Below are positions 1-7,421 of a DNA stretch of 17,372 nt, piece after piece. The notes under the pieces were generated by a model that saw only the letters and a program-made list of their open reading frames with translations, did no database searches and was not told the origin of the DNA. The position numbers and the translations under genes are program-made. Numbering within the stretch: the stretch's first letter is position 1; every line of letters starts with the position of its first letter. The stretch comes from an uncultured archaeon (GTDB lineage: Archaea > Iainarchaeota > Iainarchaeia > Iainarchaeales > DATDZZ01), in contig CAYJVY010000001.1 in the NCBI GenBank assembly GCA_964373795.1, positions 171,341-188,712 of the forward strand. The letters run 5' to 3'.

Positions 1-81
1 AAAGAAATATTGCAAAGAAATATTGCAAAGAATGTTGCAAAGAATATTGCAAAAAAAGTTTGCAAAAGAAACAAAAGAAAC
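1..81. repeat. Tandem direct repeat array: five 12-13 bp units AAAGAA(A)T(A/G)TTGC (1-63), then 2 x AAAAGAAAC (64-81); cut by the window edge
   Basis: Read directly: units at 1-13, 14-26, 27-38, 39-50 and 51-63. Each carries the 6-bp palindrome TTGCAA (10-15, 23-28, 35-40, 47-52, 60-65; spacing 13/12/12/13). AAAAGAAAC is duplicated at 64-72 and 73-81. Unit lengths are not multiples of 3, so this is not a peptide repeat. Confidence 0.85.
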
Positions 82-109
82 AAATGTTAAAATTGTTTTA
101 AAGATTTTT

Positions 110-463
110 ATGGATGCAGATTTATCTAAAGAGATTAGAAGAAGTGTTGATACTGGAAAAGTATTATTTGGAACTAGAAGCGTTGAAAAAATTCTTTTAA
201 AGGATTCAGCTAAACTAGTAATTTTTAGTTCAAACATTCCTTCATTTGAAAAAGAAAGATTAATGCATTTTTCAAATGTTTCTGGAACTCCTTTTCTTGA
301 CTTTGAAGGAAATGCTTTAGAACTTGGAAGGGTTTGCGGAAAACCATTTGTTGTAAGCACAATGATTGTAACAGATGTTGGAAAAAGCAAGATTTTAAGT
401 TCAATGAAAGAAAAGAAAAAAGTTGTCATAACAGCGGAAACTGGAAAGAAAAAATCTAAGTGA
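110..463 (+). CDS. rpl30e: 50S ribosomal protein L30e
   Basis: Motifs TGKVLFGTRSVEKILLKDSAKLVIFSSN and ELGRVCGKPFVVSTMIVTDVGKSKIL are typical of L30e. It sits directly upstream of nusA-rps12-rps7, as in archaeal operons. I start at ATG 110 (MDADLSKEIRR...). The tracked ORF from TTG 23 reads through the tandem repeat and would add an atypical 29-aa extension. The Lys-rich C-terminal tail is unusual. Confidence 0.85.
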   Translation: MDADLSKEIRRSVDTGKVLFGTRSVEKILLKDSAKLVIFSSNIPSFEKERLMHFSNVSGTPFLDFEGNALELGRVCGKPFVVSTMIVTDVGKSKILSSMKEKKKVVITAETGKKKSK

Positions 464-467
464 AAAT

Positions 468-884
468 ATGGATAGACTTACAAATCAAGAAATTCTTTAT
501 ATTAATGCATTGGATTCAATTGCAAAAGTAAGTGCAAAAAATTGTTTCATTGACGGAGATGACATTGTTTTTTTAGTAAAAGAAGAAGATGTTGGAGCAG
601 CAATTGGAAGAAATGGCCAAACAATTAAAAAAGTTCGAAACCAGTTGAAAAAAAATATTGAAATAATTCCTTTAACCTCTGATGCAACATCTTTTATTAA
701 AAAAAGTTTTATTAAAGTAAAAATTGAAGACATTCAAGAAGTAATAGTAAAGGAAAAAAAATACTTGAATGTAAAAGTTGATTCAGAGAACAGGTCACAG
801 ATTTTTCGGAACATGAAAAAGTTTAAAAGAGTTAAAGAAATACTTAAAAAAATCTATGGAGTAGAAAATATTAAAATAATTTGA
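468..884 (+). CDS. nusA: Archaeal NusA-like KH-domain transcription termination/antitermination protein
   Basis: 138 aa, the size of archaeal KH-only NusA. It has a GxxG KH motif ([15 protein letters not shown]) and the conserved position between rpl30e and rps12. Confidence 0.8.
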   Translation: MDRLTNQEILYINALDSIAKVSAKNCFIDGDDIVFLVKEEDVGAAIGRNGQTIKKVRNQLKKNIEIIPLTSDATSFIKKSFIKVKIEDIQEVIVKEKKYLNVKVDSENRSQIFRNMKKFKRVKEILKKIYGVENIKII

Positions 885-891
885 TGATTTT

Positions 892-2844
892 ATGGCTACA
901 GGAGAATTTGCTGCAACCCAGCTTGAAAAAAAGAGAAAAAAGTGGAGATGGAAAGAAAAAGTATTCAAGAGACGAATGAAGGGCTGGAACATTAAATTTG
1001 ATTTACTTGAAGGATCTCCTCAAGGAAGAGGAATTGTAATAGAAAAAAGAGGAGTTGAAGCTAGACAGCCAAATTCCGGAATACGTAAATGTGTTTCACC
1101 AGATACAAAAGTAACTTTATTTGATGGATGTTATACCTCGATGAAAGATTTAAAAGGGGTTTGGGATCAAGCAACAGTTTCTTCCATGAGTTTGAATACT
1201 GGTTTTGTTGAACCATCAAAATTAGTTGATCATTTTTCTCTAGAAGAAAACGAAATTAAAAAATCTTATAAAATTAAAACAATGGAAACTGGAAGAGAAT
1301 TAATTGCTTCAAGTGACCATCCAATGTTTACTTTAAGAGGAAAAATTGATGTTAAAGACCTAAAAATTGGAGACAAAGTAATTGTATTTCCTTCAAATCC
1401 AATTGAATTAAAATTAGAAAACAAAACTGTTTTAACTGAAAAAGATTTAAGAAAAGTTTTTTTTAAAAATTCCCCTACTAAAAAAATTATTGAAGAGTTA
1501 AAAAGCAAGGAATTGCTTTCTTTAAAATTAAATAATTTGAAAACATCAAAACTTGCAAGACTTGTAGGACACTTGTTTGGCAATGGTTGTTTAAGTTATG
1601 GAAAAGCCGGAACTATATTTTCAGGAAAAATTGTGATATCTGGGAAGCAAGAAGAAATAAAAGAAGTTGAAAAAGATTTACAAGATTTAGGGTTTAAAGT
1701 TTCTCCTTTGCAAAAAATGTATAGAGAACGCATAATTGAAACATCTAATGGAAAAAGAAAAATTAAAGGAACAAGTTATAGTAAAAGTGTTTCATCTATT
1801 TCTTTATTTTATTTGTTTAAAGCTTTAGGAGTTCCAGTTGGAGACAAGGCTTCAACAGAGTACACAGTTCCTAAATGGATTAAAAAAGCTCCTTTATGGG
1901 TTAAAGAAGAGTTTTTGGCAGCTTATTTTGGAAGTGAGTTAGAAAAACCAAGATTAAAAAATAAAACTTTCCAAAACCTTGCATTAAATGTAAATAAAAC
2001 AGAAGACAAAGTTGGATCTGGAATTAAATTTTTAAATGATATAAAAATACTTTTGAAAAAATTTGGCGTTAAAGCTTCTGAACCTATTAAGAAATTTTGT
2101 TGTATTAGAAAAGATGGGACAAAAACCTATAGAACACAACTTTTCATTAAATCAAATCATACTAATTTATTGAATTTATTTGGAAAAATAGGTTACAAAT
2201 ATTCTCCTGAAAGAGCAATTCTAGCTAGACATGCATTTCAGTATTTAACAATTAGAAAACAAAAATTTGGTGAATATAAAAAAGCATTTGAAGAATTTAA
2301 GAAATTAAGAAGAGAAGGATTATCAATTTCAAAGATTGAAAAAGCTTTACATGTAAAAGGTTTTACGTTTATTAAAAAAGGTTTAATTAATTATTGGGTT
2401 TCAAGAGGAGTTAAAAATATTGATAAATTAGGCATAACTGTTGAAACAGAGTCCTTTAATGATTGGAGAAAAAATGCTTCTAAAAATCTTAAGGATGGTT
2501 TAGTTTGGGAAACAATTAATGAAATAAAAGAAGAACCAGTAAAGGAGTTAATGGATATAACTACTGAAAGCTCAAACCATAATTTTTTTGCTAATGGTTT
2601 TTTAACTGGGAACTGTGTTAGAGTTCAATTAATTAAAAACGGAAAACAATTAACTGCTTTAGCTCCATACGACGGAGCAATTAAATTCATTGACGAACAC
2701 GACGAAGTATTAGTTGAAGGTTTAGGAGGCGCGCAAGGTGGGCCAAAAGGAGATTTATGGGGCGTGAAATACAGAGTAACTCACGTAAACGGAATTGCTT
2801 TAGAAATGCTTAGAACAGGTAAAAAAGAAAAGAGTAAGAGGTAA
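892..2844 (+). CDS. rps12: 30S ribosomal protein S12 (uS12) precursor containing a 508-aa intein
   Basis: The N-extein ends ...[28 protein letters not shown]. The C-extein is [39 protein letters not shown]...[28 protein letters not shown]. Joined, they give a contiguous 142-aa archaeal/eukaryotic-type uS12. Confidence 0.92.
   Translation: MATGEFAATQLEKKRKKWRWKEKVFKRRMKGWNIKFDLLEGSPQGRGIVIEKRGVEARQPNSGIRKCVSPDTKVTLFDGCYTSMKDLKGVWDQATVSSMSLNTGFVEPSKLVDHFSLEENEIKKSYKIKTMETGRELIASSDHPMFTLRGKIDVKDLKIGDKVIVFPSNPIELKLENKTVLTEKDLRKVFFKNSPTKKIIEELKSKELLSLKLNNLKTSKLARLVGHLFGNGCLSYGKAGTIFSGKIVISGKQEEIKEVEKDLQDLGFKVSPLQKMYRERIIETSNGKRKIKGTSYSKSVSSISLFYLFKALGVPVGDKASTEYTVPKWIKKAPLWVKEEFLAAYFGSELEKPRLKNKTFQNLALNVNKTEDKVGSGIKFLNDIKILLKKFGVKASEPIKKFCCIRKDGTKTYRTQLFIKSNHTNLLNLFGKIGYKYSPERAILARHAFQYLTIRKQKFGEYKKAFEEFKKLRREGLSISKIEKALHVKGFTFIKKGLINYWVSRGVKNIDKLGITVETESFNDWRKNASKNLKDGLVWETINEIKEEPVKELMDITTESSNHNFFANGFLTGNCVRVQLIKNGKQLTALAPYDGAIKFIDEHDEVLVEGLGGAQGGPKGDLWGVKYRVTHVNGIALEMLRTGKKEKSKR
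1090..2613 (+). mobile_element. Intein (Hint domain plus LAGLIDADG homing-endonuclease domain) inserted in rps12
   Basis: Starts with Cys codon TGT 1090-1092 ([13 protein letters not shown], block A). Block B is [11 protein letters not shown] (His codon 1318-1320). LAGLIDADG-like motif 1 is [14 protein letters not shown] (1552-1593) and motif 2 is [10 protein letters not shown] (1912-1941). Blocks F/G are [23 protein letters not shown], ending with Asn codon 2611-2613, followed by +1 Cys (TGT 2614-2616). Confidence 0.9.
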
Positions 2845-2858
2845 AAGAGGAATATTTA

Positions 2859-3476
2859 ATGACTGAAAAACAAGAAACAAAGGTTTTTGGAAAATGGACT
2901 TCAAGTGATGTAAAAATTAATGACATTAGTTTAGTTCATCATATTAGATTGGATTCCAAAAAAATTCCTCACACTTTTGGAAAGGTTACTAGGAAAAGAT
3001 TTGGAAAAGAAAACCTTTCATTAATTGAAAGATTAATAAACAAAGTAATGCGTTCAGGGCAAGGTAAAAGAAAGTTGAGCGGAAAATACATTCGTGGAAG
3101 AGGGGCTTGTGGAAAAAAACTTCAAGCAATGAGAATAGTTGAAAATGCGTTTGACAAAATTGAAAAACAAGCAAAGCAAAATCCTTTACAAGTATTAGTT
3201 CAAGCAATTGAAAACTCTGCTCCAAGAGAAGACGTTACAAGAATTCAAAGAGGAGGAATTGCTTATACTCAAGCAGTAGATATTTCTCCAATGAAAAGAG
3301 TTGATGAATCAATTAAAAACATTGCTTTAGCTGCTTTCTCTCAATCATTTAATAATAAAACAGATGCATCTGAAGCACTAGCAAAAGAAATTTTACTTGC
3401 CTCAAAAGAAGACGCAAATTCTTTTTCAGTTAAAAGAAGAAACGAAATTGAAAGAATTGCTGCAAGTTCAAGGTAA
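2859..3476 (+). CDS. rps7: 30S ribosomal protein S7 (uS7)
   Basis: Carries the motif ENSAPREDVTRIQRGGIAYTQAVDISPMKRVDESIKNIALAA, characteristic of archaeal uS7. An AAGAGG Shine-Dalgarno-like motif at 2845-2850 lies 8 nt upstream of the ATG. Conserved position after rps12. Confidence 0.92.
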   Translation: MTEKQETKVFGKWTSSDVKINDISLVHHIRLDSKKIPHTFGKVTRKRFGKENLSLIERLINKVMRSGQGKRKLSGKYIRGRGACGKKLQAMRIVENAFDKIEKQAKQNPLQVLVQAIENSAPREDVTRIQRGGIAYTQAVDISPMKRVDESIKNIALAAFSQSFNNKTDASEALAKEILLASKEDANSFSVKRRNEIERIAASSR

Positions 3477-3513
3477 TCTTGGTTTATGCTTTATTCCGCG
3501 TAGTCTTTCCATG

Positions 3514-3535
3514 AAAAGATTTATTAACATCTTTT
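3514..3535 (+). promoter_or_regulatory. 7-bp inverted repeat AAAAGAT/ATCTTTT bracketing a TATA-like TTATTAAC
   Basis: AAAAGAT at 3514-3520, TTATTAAC at 3521-3528, ATCTTTT at 3529-3535 (exact reverse complement). It lies between the rps7 stop and the toxin-like gene. It could be an operator over a TATA box or a post-rps7 hairpin. Confidence 0.3.
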
Positions 3536-3563
3536 ATTAATATTGTTTTGTAGTGACTTTGTA

Positions 3564-3848
3564 ATGGAAATTTTTTGGACAAGCCATGCACAACAGAGAT
3601 TTATTGAAAGAGCATTAATTTATGGTTTTTCAAAAGCAGATATTGATTACCTTGCTTTAAAACAATTGGTGAGAATTAATAAAGGTTTTGATGAAAAATA
3701 TAAGACAAAAAAATTTGAAACAATTGGTTTGGCTGGAAAAGTTTTCCTTACAATTCAAAAAGCAGAAGACTCTAAAAAAATAATAATTATTACTTTGTGG
3801 GAGTCAAATAAGAAAGAGGTTGAATTATGGCTATCAAAACAAAAATGA
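3564..3848 (+). CDS. Small DUF4258-like protein (putative toxin of a type II TA-like pair)
   Basis: The N-terminal FWTSHAQQRFIERAL (HAxxRxxxR) and the C-terminal beta-strand KKIIIITLWES match the pattern I associate with the DUF4258 family. Its stop TGA (3846-3848) overlaps the downstream gene. I start at ATG 3564; the tracked ORF begins at TTG 3543. Confidence 0.55.
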   Translation: MEIFWTSHAQQRFIERALIYGFSKADIDYLALKQLVRINKGFDEKYKTKKFETIGLAGKVFLTIQKAEDSKKIIIITLWESNKKEVELWLSKQK

Positions 3849-4165
3849 AGTGTCCTGTTTGTGGAGGAGAAGCTATTCTATCAAAACAGAATTTGAAACT
3901 TTTCAGGGGGGCAATATCTTTAAAAGATAACTATGTGTATGTTTGCAAAAACTGTAATGAAAAATTTGCAACAGGAGAAATGACTGGAAAAGCATTGAAT
4001 CAAGCAAAGCAGTATTTCAAGTTTAATAGAAAATTAATTTCTACTGGCGGGAGTATTGCAATAACTCTTCCATCGGATTTAAGTGACTATTACAAACTAA
4101 AAAAAGGCGAACAAGTCCAAATAATCCCTCAATCAAAAAAAGAAATGAAAATAGTTATTTTGTGA
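3827..4165 (+). CDS. YgiT/MqsA-type zinc-ribbon protein fused to an AbrB/SpoVT-like domain (putative antitoxin)
   Basis: MKCPVCGGEAILSKQNLKLFRG...YVYVCKNCNEKFATGEM is the CxxC...CxxC YgiT-type zinc finger pattern. The C-terminal GGSIAITLPSDLSDYYKLKKGEQVQIIP looks like an AbrB/SpoVT swapped-hairpin motif. GAGGT at 3816-3820 precedes ATG 3827. The alternative ATG 3845 forms an ATGA overlap with the upstream stop. Confidence 0.6.
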   Translation: MAIKTKMKCPVCGGEAILSKQNLKLFRGAISLKDNYVYVCKNCNEKFATGEMTGKALNQAKQYFKFNRKLISTGGSIAITLPSDLSDYYKLKKGEQVQIIPQSKKEMKIVIL

Positions 4166-4226
4166 ATGACTTAAACTTTTCCAAGGCATTCTTTTAAAAT
4201 CTTTTGCAATCTGATTTCATTATTTA

Positions 4227-4263
4227 AGAGTTTAATTAACACGATTAACTCTATTTTTTTTTT
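4227..4263 (+). terminator. Weak hairpin (AGAGTT...AACTCT) followed by a T10 run
   Basis: AGAGTT at 4227-4232 pairs with AACTCT at 4247-4252 (14-nt loop). Ten consecutive T follow at 4254-4263. Oligo-T tracts act as archaeal intrinsic terminators. It sits after the TA-like pair and 10-20 nt before the aEF-2 start. Confidence 0.4.
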
Positions 4264-4273
4264 AAATTCATAG

Positions 4274-6478
4274 GTGAAATATTTGGGTAAAAAGGAAGAA
4301 GTAGCGGCATTAGCGGAAAAATTAATGTATACTCAGGAAAGAATTAGAAACATTGGAATAGTTGCACACATTGATCATGGTAAGACAACACTTACAGATA
4401 ATTTAATTGCTGCTGCTGGTTTAATGTCTCAAGAGTTAGCTGGAAAACAACTTGTAACTGATTCAGAGGATCAAGAACAAGAAAGAGGAATTACAATTAA
4501 TGCTGCAAATGTTACAATTGTTTACAATTTGCATGGCAATGATTTTTTGATTAACATTATTGATACTCCTGGACATGTTGATTTTACTGGAGAAGTTATT
4601 AGAGCAATGAGAGCAGTTGACGGAGTAATTTTAGTTGTAGATGCAGTTGAAGGAGTAATGCCTCAAACTGAAACAGTTATTAGACAGGCTTTAAGGGAAC
4701 ACGTTAAACCAGTTTTATTCATTAACAAGGTTGACAGACTTGTAAATGAATTACAAATAAGTGAAGAAGAAATGCAGAAAAGATTTGTGAAAACAATTAC
4801 TCATGTAAATGAATTAATTAGTAAAAGTGCTCCAGAACAATTTAAAGAGAAATGGCTTGTAAATCCTGGAAATGGATCAGTTGTATTTGGATCTGCTTAC
4901 AATAACTGGGCTGTTTCAGTTCCTTTCATGAATAAAAGTGGAATTAAATTCAAACAAGTTTACGAGTTTTGTAAAAAAGAAGGCGGGCAAAAAGAGTTAT
5001 CCAAGAAAAGTCCTTTGCAAGAAGTTGTATTGCAAATGGTTGCAACTCATTTACCTAATCCTTTAGAGGCTCAGAGTTATAGAATTAAAAGAATTTGGCC
5101 TGGAGACAAGGAATCAGAGGTAGGAAAAGCAATGCTTTCGGCTTCTTCTAAAGAACCTTTTGCAATGATGGTTACAGATGTTTCAGTTGACGCTCATGCA
5201 GGAGATATTGCAACTGGAAGAGTTTATTCTGGAACAGTTAAAAAAGGTTTAAAGGTTAACTTGATTGGAGGAAAAAAAGAAGTAATAGTTCAAAAGGTTT
5301 GCTTGTTCATGGTTACAGATTTTGTTGAAGTAAAAGAAATTCCTGCAGGAAATATTGCTGCCTTAATTGGATTAAAAGAAGTTTATGCAGGTGAAACTCT
5401 TTCCTCAATTCAAATGGATGAATTTGAATCATTTTTATCAAATGTAGAGCCAGTAATAACTATTTCAGTTGAACCAAAGCAAACAAAGGATTTGCCTAAA
5501 TTAATTCAAGTAATAAAGCAAGTAACAAAAGAAGATCCAAATGTTAAAGCAACAATTAATCAAGAAACAGGTGAACACTTACTTTCAGGAATGGGAGAAC
5601 TTCACTTAGAAGTAATTCAATACAGAATTGAAAAACACCATAATGTTCCATTAAATGTTTCTCCTCCAATTGTTTTATTTCATGAAACAGTTAACAAAGA
5701 GTCTCCTACAATTGAAGGAAAATCTCCAAACAAACATAATAAATTCAAAATAAATGTTTCCCCAATTCCAAAAGAAGTTTTACTTAAATTAGTTGAATCA
5801 CATTTAGATCAAAAAATTAAACCCAAAGATAAGGTAATGATTGCAAAATTTGAAGAAATGGGTTTTGAAAAAGAAGACGCTAAAAGAGTTTGGGCAGTTC
5901 ACAATAACTGTGCATTATTTGATATGACTAGAGGAATTGAAGCCTTACACGAAGTAAGAGAATTAGTAATTCAAGGATTTCAAGATGCAACAGATCAAGG
6001 GCCTTTAGCTAAAGAAAAATGTTTTGGATTAAGAGTTGACTTAGAAGATGCTTCACTACATGAAGACGCAATTCATAGAGGCCCTTCACAAGTATTGCCT
6101 GCAATTACTAGAGCAATTTATGCTGCATTTCTTTCAGCCGATCCAGTTTTATTCGAACCAAAACAAACTCTTACAATTACTGTTCCAGATGATTACATGG
6201 GAGCTGTTTCAAAAGAGCTTGGCTCTAGGAGAACTCAAATTCAAGAAATGAGGCAAGAAGGAGATTCAACTATTTTTATTGCAAAAGCTCCAGTAAAAGA
6301 ATTAATTGGGTTTTCAGCTGATATGAGAGGAGCAACTCAGGGAAGAGCTGTTTGGACAGCAGAATATGCAGGATATGAATTACTTCCAAGAGAATTACAA
6401 ACCCCTGTAATGAGAGAAATTCGTTCCAGAAAAGGAATGGATCCAGAACCAAAATCTGCAAGCTTTTTCATGGATTAA
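4274..6478 (+). CDS. fusA: Translation elongation factor 2 (aEF-2)
   Basis: G motifs AHIDHGKTT, DTPGH and NKVD. The diphthamide-site motif HEDAIHRGPSQ is intact (His codon 6074-6076). There is no ATG start. The candidates are GTG 4274 (tracked) or TTG 4283, which gives MGKKEE... and lies 5 nt after an AGGTGA Shine-Dalgarno-like motif (4272-4277). Confidence 0.95.
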   Translation: MKYLGKKEEVAALAEKLMYTQERIRNIGIVAHIDHGKTTLTDNLIAAAGLMSQELAGKQLVTDSEDQEQERGITINAANVTIVYNLHGNDFLINIIDTPGHVDFTGEVIRAMRAVDGVILVVDAVEGVMPQTETVIRQALREHVKPVLFINKVDRLVNELQISEEEMQKRFVKTITHVNELISKSAPEQFKEKWLVNPGNGSVVFGSAYNNWAVSVPFMNKSGIKFKQVYEFCKKEGGQKELSKKSPLQEVVLQMVATHLPNPLEAQSYRIKRIWPGDKESEVGKAMLSASSKEPFAMMVTDVSVDAHAGDIATGRVYSGTVKKGLKVNLIGGKKEVIVQKVCLFMVTDFVEVKEIPAGNIAALIGLKEVYAGETLSSIQMDEFESFLSNVEPVITISVEPKQTKDLPKLIQVIKQVTKEDPNVKATINQETGEHLLSGMGELHLEVIQYRIEKHHNVPLNVSPPIVLFHETVNKESPTIEGKSPNKHNKFKINVSPIPKEVLLKLVESHLDQKIKPKDKVMIAKFEEMGFEKEDAKRVWAVHNNCALFDMTRGIEALHEVRELVIQGFQDATDQGPLAKEKCFGLRVDLEDASLHEDAIHRGPSQVLPAITRAIYAAFLSADPVLFEPKQTLTITVPDDYMGAVSKELGSRRTQIQEMRQEGDSTIFIAKAPVKELIGFSADMRGATQGRAVWTAEYAGYELLPRELQTPVMREIRSRKGMDPEPKSASFFMD

Positions 6479-6508
6479 ACACATTATGGGTTTGGTCGAC
6501 ATTCAATG

Positions 6509-6550
6509 AACCAATTGCTTTCAGCAATTGGTTATCTATTTATTTTTTTT
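6509..6550 (+). terminator. Perfect 10-bp stem-loop followed by a T8 run, downstream of fusA
   Basis: AACCAATTGC (6509-6518), loop TTTCA, GCAATTGGTT (6524-6533, exact reverse complement), then a T8 run at 6543-6550. Confidence 0.6.
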
Positions 6551-6636
6551 AAATCAGTAGTTGAATTTTCTTTCATAGTTTTTATGGTTGAACCATTCAA
6601 GGATAATGCTTAAAACATTGATTTAATTTCTTTCCA

Positions 6637-7386
6637 CTATATTGCAATTATTTCTATTGGGTTTCCTCTGTCCCAAAAATCTCCAACAGGATTTAGATAT
6701 TCTTTTTCTGTTGCACTTACAAATTCTGTTTTTGGAATTCTTCTCCAAGAAATTTTAGTAAAACCTGCTTTTGTTAAATAATCAATAGTTGATTTTGTTG
6801 ATGAGCCCCATTCAACTACTCTTAGAACTCCGTTTTTCAAAAGCTTTCTTTCTCTCATTCTTCTCAGATCTTTTACAAGCTGTTCTTCTGCTTGTCTTCC
6901 AGCAGTTTTTATTAATGCTCTTTCAAAGTCACCCACAGTTGCCCCGGTATTTCTCAAGTGTTGCACTGCTTTGTCCCTTTTTTTCAGACTTCTACGAATT
7001 TCTTTTTCTATTTCTTCTACTAATTCTTCAAGGTAATTATGAATAAATATTCCTGCATTTATGAAACCAAATTTTCTTGGATCTTTAAGCCAAGCTTTAA
7101 AACCAGTGTAAGATAAATGCGCTCCAGGAATTTCTCTCCTATTTAAATCAGGGTGTTCTACTCCATGAATTCTTGCTCTTGGATTTAATTCCCCTGCATG
7201 TTTTATCCATTCTCCGCTAGCAAAACCCAAATCAACTATTCTATTTTGACTAGAAATAGCTTGTCTTACAAATGCTGCAGTATGCCTTTTAGGCAAATGC
7301 AATTTCCTTGGTTGTCTTGCATGCATTAAATAGTTGTGTTTTCCAGAATTTAAATCTCTTAGCTTTTTTCTTTTCCAAAAACACAA
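6637..7386 (-). CDS. Hypothetical protein, possibly Rossmann-fold methyltransferase-like
   Basis: IVDLGFASGEWIKH resembles SAM-binding motif I of FtsJ/RrmJ-like methyltransferases (VVDLGAAPGGW). I could not identify the K-D-K-E catalytic residues. The tracked start is TTG (7386); an ATG alternative at 7326 gives MHARQPRK.... Opposite strand to the translation operon. Confidence 0.3.
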   Translation of the reverse strand: MCFWKRKKLRDLNSGKHNYLMHARQPRKLHLPKRHTAAFVRQAISSQNRIVDLGFASGEWIKHAGELNPRARIHGVEHPDLNRREIPGAHLSYTGFKAWLKDPRKFGFINAGIFIHNYLEELVEEIEKEIRRSLKKRDKAVQHLRNTGATVGDFERALIKTAGRQAEEQLVKDLRRMRERKLLKNGVLRVVEWGSSTKSTIDYLTKAGFTKISWRRIPKTEFVSATEKEYLNPVGDFWDRGNPIEIIAI

Positions 7387-7394
7387 GTTTTAAA

Positions 7395-7421
7395 TATGTG
7401 GTTGCACATAAGTATTATGTG
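7395..7421. promoter_or_regulatory. Operator-like array TATGTG-N4-CACATA-N5-TATGTG in the divergent intergenic region upstream of the RHH/PIN pair
   Basis: TATGTG at 7395-7400, CACATA at 7405-7410 (reverse complement), TATGTG at 7416-7421. The second pair extends to 7 bp: CACATAA 7405-7411 and TTATGTG 7415-7421. A TATA-like TTTAAATA lies at 7389-7396. The antitoxin-like ATG is at 7429. Confidence 0.4.

Noticed and set aside
1-81. Possible CRISPR array at the window edge
   Set aside because: The units are 12-13 bp and directly abutting, with no unique spacers. This is far shorter than CRISPR repeats, so it is a simple tandem repeat.
23-109. N-terminal extension of the rpl30e ORF (tracked start TTG 23)
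   Set aside because: The extension is simply the tandem DNA repeat read in one frame (MQRMLQRILQKKFAKETKETN). L30e homologues start close to the MDADLSKEIRR position, so ATG 110 is the more plausible start.
6479-6636. Possible tRNA or small structured RNA in the fusA-downstream spacer (and likewise 8338..8483)
   Set aside because: I found only terminator-type hairpins. I could not trace a cloverleaf (acceptor, D, anticodon and T arms), conserved T-loop GTTC(A/G)A(N)(N)C context or box C/D motifs by eye.
6637-7386. Specific assignment as an FtsJ/RrmJ-type 2'-O-ribose methyltransferase
   Set aside because: Only motif I (IVDLGFASGEW) resembles that family. I could not locate the K-D-K-E catalytic tetrad, and there is a long charged insertion. 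I kept it as methyltransferase-like or hypothetical.
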